Shown in pieces: positions 57,107 to 64,000 of a stretch of DNA of 64,000 nt. A program made the position numbers and the translations under genes. This DNA is from Acidobacteria bacterium RIFCSPLOWO2_12_FULL_66_21 (GTDB lineage Bacteria; Acidobacteriota; Vicinamibacteria; Vicinamibacterales; 2-12-FULL-66-21), in contig MELC01000038.1 of assembly GCA_001767455.1 (NCBI GenBank), positions 48,743 through 112,742 on the forward strand. Direction: 5' to 3'. Numbering within the stretch: the stretch's first letter is position 1; every line of letters begins with the position of its first letter. Under the pieces are notes generated by a model. It was not told the DNA's origin. It did not search any database and worked only from the letters and a program-made list of their open reading frames with translations.

Positions 57107-58669
57107 TTATTTCCGTAACACTTGTCCCGGCGTCGCCGTCGTGAACTTCCCGTTGTCCACGACGACGACGCCGTTGACGAGCACGTAGCTCATGCCCTCG
57201 GCAAGCTGGTGCGGCTGGGTGTAGGTCGCGCGATCGCGGACGGCCGCCGGATCGAACACCGCGATGTCCGCGATGGCCCCTTCCCGGATGACGCCCCGGT
57301 CCTTGAATCCAAACACGGCGGCCGGCAGGCTCGTCATCGATCGGATGGCGGCCTCCAGCCCGATGACGTGCCGCTCGCGCACGTACACGTTCAGCTTCCG
57401 TGCGAACGCGCCGTTGTTGCGGGGGTGCGGCACGCCAGAGCCGAACGCCACCAGCCCGCCGTCGCTCGACGTCATCGTGTAGGGCTGCCGCATGATGTGC
57501 TCGATGTCCGGCTCGGACATGTTGAAGGACACGATGGAGACCGAGCCCTTCGCCAGCAGGTCGAGCGCGGCCTTGACCGGATCGGTGCCCTTCGACTCGG
57601 CGATCTGCGCCAGGGTCTTGCCCTGCAGTGCCGGCTCCGGCCGGTAGAACGCCACCTGGATGGCGGAAGCTCCCCCGCGGCGCCGCAGGTTCTCGCGCGC
57701 AATCGCCTCCACTTCGCGTGCCTTCGCGGTGTCGCCTTCCCTCGCGAGCTCGACCCCGAGCGGCAGGAGCGCCGCGCGCAGGCTCGTCGAAGACGCTTCA
57801 TAGGGATACTGGTCGGCGAACACCTGGACCCCGCGGGTCCTCGCCGCCTCGATGCGCGCGGTCATCGCGAACGACAGCCCCCAGTTGTCGGGCCCGAGCG
57901 CCTTCATGTGGCTGACGATGCCGATCACGTGCGCTTCCTCCGCGATGCGGATCACTTCCTGTGTGGCGGCCACCACGCCGATGTCGTAGTTCCCTTCGTC
58001 GCGGATGTGGCTCGTGTAGAGGCCGCCGAATTCGCCCGCCACCTTCGCGAGCTCGATCACTTCTTCCGTTTTCGCGAAGCTCCCCGGCACGTAGAACAGG
58101 CCGCTCGACAGCCCGAACGCCCCGTCCTGCATGCCGCGCCGCACGAGCCCGCGCATCTTGTCCAGTTCGTCCGAGGTCGGCGCGCGGTTCGCCGTCTTGA
58201 GTACCGCCTCGCGCACGCTGCCGTGGCCGACGAGCAGCGCCACGTTCGGTCCGAGTCCCTGCTTCTCGAAGCGCGCGCGCTGCGCCGCCAGATCCACCGG
58301 ACCGCCCCCGTCCGGATTCGCGACGATCGTGGTCACGCCTTGCGCGAGCAGCGGCTGGCCCTGTCGAAGCGCCGGGTTGGCGAGCCCTTCGCCCCCCGCG
58401 TGCGAATGCACGTCGATGAACCCGGGCGCCACCAGCCGATCCGCGGCGTCGATTGTCGTTCGCGCCTGCGCCGCAGGCAGGACCCCGATCGCGGCGATCC
58501 GTCCGGCGCGGATGCCGATGTCGGCCCGCATCCAGGGATTGCCCGATCCATCCATGACGCGGCCGTTTCGAATCAGAACATCGAAGGCGGCCGGCGGTTG
58601 AGCCGGCTGGAACGCCGAACCGGCCAGAACGGACGTAAAGAAGAGAAGGCCCGCAGCGATTTTCTGCAT
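57107..58669 (-). CDS. N-acyl-D-amino-acid deacylase (D-aminoacylase, amidohydrolase superfamily), secreted
   Basis: Signal peptide MQKIAAGLLFFTSVLAGSA. Metal-binding motif GFIDVHSH. Family-typical length. True start ATG 58669. Confidence 0.8.
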   Translation of the reverse strand: MQKIAAGLLFFTSVLAGSAFQPAQPPAAFDVLIRNGRVMDGSGNPWMRADIGIRAGRIAAIGVLPAAQARTTIDAADRLVAPGFIDVHSHAGGEGLANPALRQGQPLLAQGVTTIVANPDGGGPVDLAAQRARFEKQGLGPNVALLVGHGSVREAVLKTANRAPTSDELDKMRGLVRRGMQDGAFGLSSGLFYVPGSFAKTEEVIELAKVAGEFGGLYTSHIRDEGNYDIGVVAATQEVIRIAEEAHVIGIVSHMKALGPDNWGLSFAMTARIEAARTRGVQVFADQYPYEASSTSLRAALLPLGVELAREGDTAKAREVEAIARENLRRRGGASAIQVAFYRPEPALQGKTLAQIAESKGTDPVKAALDLLAKGSVSIVSFNMSEPDIEHIMRQPYTMTSSDGGLVAFGSGVPHPRNNGAFARKLNVYVRERHVIGLEAAIRSMTSLPAAVFGFKDRGVIREGAIADIAVFDPAAVRDRATYTQPHQLAEGMSYVLVNGVVVVDNGKFTTATPGQVLRK

Positions 58670-58739
58670 GGGGTCATTGTAGCGAGATGGGCATGCCTTG
58701 TGCACAGCCACGCCCTGACCTTTCAAAGAGAGGAATGCC

Positions 58740-59117
58740 ATGTCCGACGGGACCATGAATCTGACCGTGGCGCGGAGCGAAAAGAGTGTCTGGGACAAAC
58801 CCAGTCTGCGCGCGACCCTTTCGACGTACGACCACGAACGGTGGCTCGCCGCGGCGGCGGGCTCAGCCCTCGCGACGATCGGCGCCAGGCGGGGTGGATT
58901 CGCCGGCGGTCTTCTCGCGACCGCGGGCGCGGCGCTGGCGGTCCGCGCGGCGCTCGGCCGCCGCGACCTCGGCCTCGTCCGTCGCTGGATCGACACGACG
59001 CTGAAGGACAGGGGCTATCGCTCGACGGATGTCGTGGCCGGCGCGTCTGAGGAGTCGTTCCCCGCCAGCGACTCGCCGTCCTGGACCCCGACCGCGGGCG
59101 CCAAGACGACGGTGTAG
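58740..59117 (+). CDS. DUF2892 (YgaP-like) small membrane protein
   Basis: ERWLAAAAGSALATIGARRGGFAGGLLATAGAALAVRAALG matches the DUF2892 two-helix pattern. Paralogous to the N-terminus of the next gene. Confidence 0.55.
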   Translation: MSDGTMNLTVARSEKSVWDKPSLRATLSTYDHERWLAAAAGSALATIGARRGGFAGGLLATAGAALAVRAALGRRDLGLVRRWIDTTLKDRGYRSTDVVAGASEESFPASDSPSWTPTAGAKTTV

Positions 59118-59126
59118 GAGAACAGC

Positions 59127-59873
59127 ATGAACATGGAAATGGAGTTTCCGGGTGACCGCCTCGAGGCGCGCGTACACGCGCGACGCAACATCAACGAAAT
59201 CGAGCGCTGGCTCTCGATGGCGGCCGGCGCCGGTCTCGCGACCTACGGGCTGAGCCGCCGGAACGGCGCCGGGTGGATGCTGGCTGGATTTGGCGCGATG
59301 CTCGTCCGCCGCGGCGTCACCGGCCACTGCGACGTGTATCAGGCGCTCGACATCAACACCGCCGACACGCGCAGCGACACGCGCCGCGCGCTCGGCGGCA
59401 GCGCGGGCGTGAACGTCGAGGAGAGCGTCACGATCAACCGCCCGGTCGACGAGCTGTATCGCTTCTGGCGCGACCTCGAGAACCTGCCGCGCTTCATGAG
59501 GCATCTCGAATCGGTCGAGCGCGTCACCGACACGCTTTCCCGCTGGCGCGCGAAGGGGCCGGGCGGCGCGGACGTCGAGTGGAACGCCGAGATCATCAAC
59601 GAGGTCCCGAACCAGGTGATCGGATGGCGATCGATCGAAGGCTCGGAGGTCGTCAGCGCGGGCTCCGTCAATTTCGACGTCGCGGGCCCCGGCCGCGGCA
59701 CCCGCGTGCGGGTCAGGTTCCAGTACAGCCCGCCGGGGGGCAAAGTCGGCGCGGCAATCGCGAAGCTCCTGGGGCGCGACGTGGCCACCGAAATCCGCGA
59801 AGATCTGCGGCGGCTCAAGCAGCTCGTCGAGACGGGCGAAGTGCCGCGCACCGAAGGGCAGGCGAAGGGATAG
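59127..59873 (+). CDS. DUF2892 membrane domain fused to an SRPBCC (cyclase/dehydrase-like) domain
   Basis: N-terminus ERWLSMAAGAGLATYGLSRRNGAGWMLAGFGAMLVRRGVTGHCDVYQAL. C-terminal SRPBCC (VTINRPVDELYRFWRDLENLPRFMRHLESVERV...). Confidence 0.65.
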   Translation: MNMEMEFPGDRLEARVHARRNINEIERWLSMAAGAGLATYGLSRRNGAGWMLAGFGAMLVRRGVTGHCDVYQALDINTADTRSDTRRALGGSAGVNVEESVTINRPVDELYRFWRDLENLPRFMRHLESVERVTDTLSRWRAKGPGGADVEWNAEIINEVPNQVIGWRSIEGSEVVSAGSVNFDVAGPGRGTRVRVRFQYSPPGGKVGAAIAKLLGRDVATEIREDLRRLKQLVETGEVPRTEGQAKG

Positions 59874-59926
59874 CCGGCGGCTTCCGGCGCGATCGCAACG
59901 CCACGGGTGACCTGCCCCGGCCCCTC

Positions 59927-61882
59927 TCAACGGCGCGGCGCGAGAGGCGTGCTGTAGAGCGTGTATGGCGCGGTGGATTGTACGAACGTCAGGTCGAAGG
60001 CCTCGCGGGCGAAGTCCACGAGCGCGGGTGTTGCGCGATCGGCGTCGACGACGATGTAACCGATCTTCAGTTCCGGGAGGATCTCGTGCGCGCGCTGGAT
60101 GAGGATGGCGCGCCGGGGCTCCGCGATTTCCCGTCCCTCGCTGAGCTCCAGCAGCGCGCGGGTGACGCGGCGCCGCTGGTAGTACTCGATATCGCGCTCG
60201 CGCAGCCGTGACACGTACCCGCCGACGAGCGGCTTGTGGTGCACGGTCTGGTAGAACTGCGCCGCGGCATTGGTGTTCCCGAACGACAGCAGGCCGTCCC
60301 GCAGGCCGAACGGCAGGTTCATCACCCGGACCGGACGCGGATCCGCCGCAATCGTGCGAAACACCCCCGGGATTTCCGCCGACTGCAGCGCGCGCGGCGC
60401 GGGCAGCATCTCGAAAATGAGTAACGCGGCGACGACCGGCGCGACCAGCGCCGGACGGCGCGCACGGGCCCGGAGAGCGCTGAGCGCGCAGGCCAGCAGC
60501 ACGGCGAGGCCGAACATCACCAGTACCATCATGCGTGTCGGCATGCGTGCGCCGCCGACGATCGGCACATATCGAAGCAGCGCCCACGGCGTCGGCACGT
60601 ACGTATTGAAGCCGCCGATGTGGACGAACGGCCCAAGCGTCAGGATCGCGAACAGGGCGGTGAAGGCGACCCAGTAGCGCGGCAGCGGCGCCCGGCGCCA
60701 GCCCCAGGCGACGACGAGCGTGAGGGTCAGCACCCAGGGTATCGAGCCGACGTTCTCGACGAACCCGTTCGGCATGCTCGCGACCCCGTCATGGAAGAAG
60801 CCGCCGAACCAGGGATGCATCGGATTGGGCACGAACAACCCCAGGAAGTCCAGTCCGGCGGGGCTGCTCCGCCACCAGACCCGCGGGCTGATCCAGCGTC
60901 GGCTGGAGAGGTGCGTGCCCATCGCCGAGAGCACGGGCGAGAGCAGGAACGCGCACGCCAAGCCGGCGGCGGCGACCGACCGGAGCGGCGGCAGCGTGGG
61001 CATCATCCACGAGATGCGCGGTCTTACCGCAAGCCAGAAGCGCACGATCGCCAGAACCGTGAGCACGAGCACCGGCGTGTAGAACTGGGTCATGCTGACC
61101 CGCACACCCAGAAGGGTGAAGCGCCACCCGCCCGACAGGGCGATGCACGCGATCGCGACGGCGTTCACTGCGAGCAGGCCGTCGAGCACCATGCGCCACC
61201 GGTATGGCCGGTGCGCCGCGGGCACGCCCGCGATCGTCATCGCGGAGTACGCGACGCTGAACGCGCCGATGAGCACGCAGTAAACGGCATAGTACGGGTC
61301 GCAGAAGAACGCCAGCGCAACGGAGATGCCCGCGCCCGCCGCCGACGCGATGGTCGGACGCCGCTGGAGGTTCTGAAAGAAGAGCGCGAAGGTGGCGAGG
61401 GGCGCCGTTTGAATCAGGCTGAAATGCTCCGTCGCGCGCGCGCTCATGAACGGGCTGAACCCGAAGACGAGCCCGGCCGCCCACGCGGCCGCCGAGTCCC
61501 CCGTCAGCCGGCGCGCGAACACGAACATCGCCAGGGCCGATACGACTCCGCTGGCGAGCACGAGCAGGTTGAACGTGGCGACCGTCCCGAACAACGGCAG
61601 CAGTGGATACGCGATGAGGTCGGCAAGGGCCGTGTAGTTGTGCAGCGTCAGCGGCACGGGCGGCACCAGCGACAGGATATCGAGCGTGAAGAACGGAAGC
61701 GTCCCGTGGAAGACGATCAGGTGCCGGAACAGCCACAGGTTCCACACGTAGACACCCGTGTCACCGGCGACCGTGCCGAGCAGCGCCGAGCCGAGCCGGA
61801 GCGGCAGCGGCCACGCGTACGCAGCCGCAATCAACGTATAGCCGGCCGCGGCAAGTGCCCCGCGGCCGATTCTGGCGGGCAT
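59927..61882 (-). CDS. Polytopic membrane protein of unknown function (paralog of 20197-21879)
   Basis: Shared motifs GDTGVYVWNLWLFRH, NLLVLASGVVSALAMFVFARRL and FGFSPFMSARATEHFSLI. 651 aa. Confidence 0.6.
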   Translation of the reverse strand: MPARIGRGALAAAGYTLIAAAYAWPLPLRLGSALLGTVAGDTGVYVWNLWLFRHLIVFHGTLPFFTLDILSLVPPVPLTLHNYTALADLIAYPLLPLFGTVATFNLLVLASGVVSALAMFVFARRLTGDSAAAWAAGLVFGFSPFMSARATEHFSLIQTAPLATFALFFQNLQRRPTIASAAGAGISVALAFFCDPYYAVYCVLIGAFSVAYSAMTIAGVPAAHRPYRWRMVLDGLLAVNAVAIACIALSGGWRFTLLGVRVSMTQFYTPVLVLTVLAIVRFWLAVRPRISWMMPTLPPLRSVAAAGLACAFLLSPVLSAMGTHLSSRRWISPRVWWRSSPAGLDFLGLFVPNPMHPWFGGFFHDGVASMPNGFVENVGSIPWVLTLTLVVAWGWRRAPLPRYWVAFTALFAILTLGPFVHIGGFNTYVPTPWALLRYVPIVGGARMPTRMMVLVMFGLAVLLACALSALRARARRPALVAPVVAALLIFEMLPAPRALQSAEIPGVFRTIAADPRPVRVMNLPFGLRDGLLSFGNTNAAAQFYQTVHHKPLVGGYVSRLRERDIEYYQRRRVTRALLELSEGREIAEPRRAILIQRAHEILPELKIGYIVVDADRATPALVDFAREAFDLTFVQSTAPYTLYSTPLAPRR

Positions 61883-62033
61883 TGGCGCCTATATGTGTAC
61901 CGCAGAGGTGTCCCTTGGCGCAAGATGCCCCACTGGAGCACCGTCTTCCGGGCTTGCCCGCCGCAGCGCGGAGCGCGAAGGCGGGGCCAACGGATGTGCG
62001 CCTGGTCTCGTCTAAGGGCGCGGAGGCGGTTTC

Positions 62034-64000
62034 ATGGCTCGTCTGGCCTTCGAGATCAAGGTCGCGATTCGCACCCTCGTGCGCTCGCGGTTCGTCTCGG
62101 TGCTTGCGCTGATTGCGTTCGCGCTCGGGATCGGCGTCACCACCGCCGTGTTCAGCATCTTCAACGCGGTCCTGGTGAGCCCGCTGCCGTATCCCGACCC
62201 CGATCGCCTGGTCGCGGTGTACGACACGCAGCCCGCGTGCAAGACCTGTCCGGCCTCCTTCCCGAAATACATGGACTGGAAAGAGCGGAACCAGGCGTTC
62301 GCGGCGATCGGCGGGTCGGCGAACGCGCAGTTCGTGCTGACTGGGAGTGGCGACCCCGAGCGGATCCGCGCGGTCACGGCCACCGCGTCGCTCGTGGATG
62401 TCTTCGGCGTGCGGCCGGCGCTCGGTCGATGGTTCACGCCGGAAGAGGATCAGCCCGGCGGCCGCAAGGTCGCGGTCCTCGACCACACGTTCTGGCAGCA
62501 GCGGTTCGGCGGGCGCGAGACCGTCATCGGATCGAAGATCGTGCTCAACGGCGATCCGTACGAGGTGATCGGCGTGATGCCCGCCACGTTCAGCCACCGG
62601 GCGGCGAAGGTGTTCGTGCCACTGCAGCGCAAGCTCGATCCGGCGACGCGGGGCTCCCATTTCATGCCGGTCGTTGCGCGGCTGAAGCCGGGCGTGCCGG
62701 TCGAGCGCGCCGCCGTCGACATGCGGCAGCTGGGCGACACGCTCGCGCGCGAGTTCGGCACGAACCACGGCGTCGACGTGCGATCGTATACCGAAGTCAT
62801 TGTCGGCAACGTGCGTGCGCCGCTGCGAGTGCTCCTCGGCGCCGTGCTGCTCGTGCTGCTCATCTCGTGTGCGAACGTCGCGAACCTGCTGCTCGCGTCG
62901 GCGGTCGGCCGGCGCCGCGAGCTGGCCATCCGCCTTGCGCTCGGCGCGTCGCAGCGGGATCTGGCGCGCCAGCTCGTGCTCGAGGCCATGCTGCTCGCCC
63001 TGGCCGGCGGGCTGCTCGGTCTGCTGCTGGCCGAAGGGCTGCTGCGGTCGTTCCTCGTGCTCGCGGCGACCGAGCTCCCTCGCGCCAATACGGTGCACAT
63101 TGACGCCGCGGTGCTCGCCTTCGCCGCCGCCGTGACGACCCTGGTGGGGCTGTTGTGCGGCCTGTGGCCGCTCGTCCGTCTGCGCTCGCGCCAGCTCGTG
63201 TCGGCGGTTCGCGAGGGTGACGTGCGGTCCGGCACGGGTGGGCGCCGCGTCGGCAACGGCCTGGTCGTTGTCGAGATTGCGGTCGCATTCGCGCTGCTGG
63301 TCGGCGCAAGCCTCCTCGTGAAGAACGTCATCCTCCTCCAGAAGCGCGACGCCGGCGTGCGGACCGACCACATTGTCGCGTTCGATCTCGCGCCCTCGGG
63401 TCCACGGTACCAGGCGCCCGAACGCGCCGTGCAGCTCTATCGGGACTTGTATGCCCGCCTGACGCAGATTGGCAACGTGGAAAGCGCCGGCATGACGAGC
63501 CATCTGCCGATGTTCAACTTCGGCTGGAACGGCGAGATGAACGTCGAGGGTGGAAATCCCTGGGGTCCGAACGACGCGCCGCTTGTCGAGTACCGGTGGA
63601 TCTACGGCGACTATCTGCGCACCATGGGCGTGCCGCTGCTCCAGGGGCGACCGCTCGACGCGCGCGACGGCCGGGGGTCCCGCACCGTGCTCATCAATCA
63701 CGTCACGGCCGAGAAGTTCTGGCCCGGCAAAGACCCGATTGGACGACATTTCGGCCAGGGCCGCGACATGACGCACTGGTACGAGGTGGTCGGCGTGATC
63801 GGCGACATCCGGTCGTTCGGGCTCGCGCAAAAGCCGCCGTACGAGTTCTACCGATCGATCGAGCAATCCCCGTTCACGGCGATGACCGTCGTCCTGCGCA
63901 CGCGGGGCGGCGATCCGACCGCCGTCGTGCCAACCGCGCGGCAGATCGTGAAGTCGCTGGACGACTCGCTGCCGGTGAGCCAGGTGCAGACGATGGAGGC
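62034..64000 (+). CDS. Second ADOP-family FtsX/MacB-like duplicated permease, 3' end outside the window
   Basis: MARLAFEIKVAIRTLVRSRFVSVLALIAFALGIG. GGAGG 8 nt upstream of ATG 62034. Open to the window end. Absent from the ORF track, presumably because there is no stop in the window. Confidence 0.8.
   Translation, partial: MARLAFEIKVAIRTLVRSRFVSVLALIAFALGIGVTTAVFSIFNAVLVSPLPYPDPDRLVAVYDTQPACKTCPASFPKYMDWKERNQAFAAIGGSANAQFVLTGSGDPERIRAVTATASLVDVFGVRPALGRWFTPEEDQPGGRKVAVLDHTFWQQRFGGRETVIGSKIVLNGDPYEVIGVMPATFSHRAAKVFVPLQRKLDPATRGSHFMPVVARLKPGVPVERAAVDMRQLGDTLAREFGTNHGVDVRSYTEVIVGNVRAPLRVLLGAVLLVLLISCANVANLLLASAVGRRRELAIRLALGASQRDLARQLVLEAMLLALAGGLLGLLLAEGLLRSFLVLAATELPRANTVHIDAAVLAFAAAVTTLVGLLCGLWPLVRLRSRQLVSAVREGDVRSGTGGRRVGNGLVVVEIAVAFALLVGASLLVKNVILLQKRDAGVRTDHIVAFDLAPSGPRYQAPERAVQLYRDLYARLTQIGNVESAGMTSHLPMFNFGWNGEMNVEGGNPWGPNDAPLVEYRWIYGDYLRTMGVPLLQGRPLDARDGRGSRTVLINHVTAEKFWPGKDPIGRHFGQGRDMTHWYEVVGVIGDIRSFGLAQKPPYEFYRSIEQSPFTAMTVVLRTRGGDPTAVVPTARQIVKSLDDSLPVSQVQTME

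Noticed and set aside
60620-63103. 827-aa plus-strand ORF
   Set aside because: Antisense to the membrane protein at 59927-61882 and out of frame with the ADOP gene; Arg/Pro/Gly-rich with no domain signal.

Overview
This is a high-GC (about 68-70%) chromosomal segment with almost no non-coding space. Two ADOP-type FtsX/MacB permeases, an Oar-like TonB-dependent receptor with a carboxypeptidase-regulatory domain and many envelope proteins point to an Acidobacteriota-like genome; that placement is an inference from content. The housekeeping core is: infC-rpmI-rplT-pheS-pheT, a zapB-like gene with zapA, rny, thiL, a heterodimeric ABC exporter pair, amiC-GerMN-rph-rdgB, cstA, an NfeD-flotillin pair and ahcY. 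Three RNA genes are missing from the ORF track: a tmRNA (ssrA, tag ANTQLALAA) at 25682-26032 with a TTGACG-17-TAGAAT promoter, tRNA-Pro(UGG) at 45784-45860, and a candidate 6S-like RNA after zapA. Nearly every intergenic gap carries hairpin-forming arrays of short, mostly 7-nt repeats (CCAGYTT, CCAAACT, CGAGCYR, GACTATC, CACCAAYT, CCCAACG, CTCCCAG). There is also a 43-bp x4 tandem array with internal palindromes, a 10-bp x13 minisatellite 3' of ssrA, and a ~100-bp inverted-repeat element present in two copies. The most interesting protein-level candidates are: a translationally coupled pair of paralogous large secreted proteins next to ssrA; a peptidase-MA + PD40 propeller + C-terminal Omp85-like barrel fusion with a type Vd-like layout; an S8 protease with about 17 DNIVWGT repeats; a decayed locus at tRNA-Pro (frameshifted ABC ATPase plus an aquaporin C-terminal remnant); a divergent pair of GT-C-like membrane proteins with a third paralog; and an ArsR-methyltransferase fusion directly upstream of ahcY. 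Many long ORFs in the track are antisense artifacts of the GC content, and several track ORFs carry spurious N-terminal extensions.
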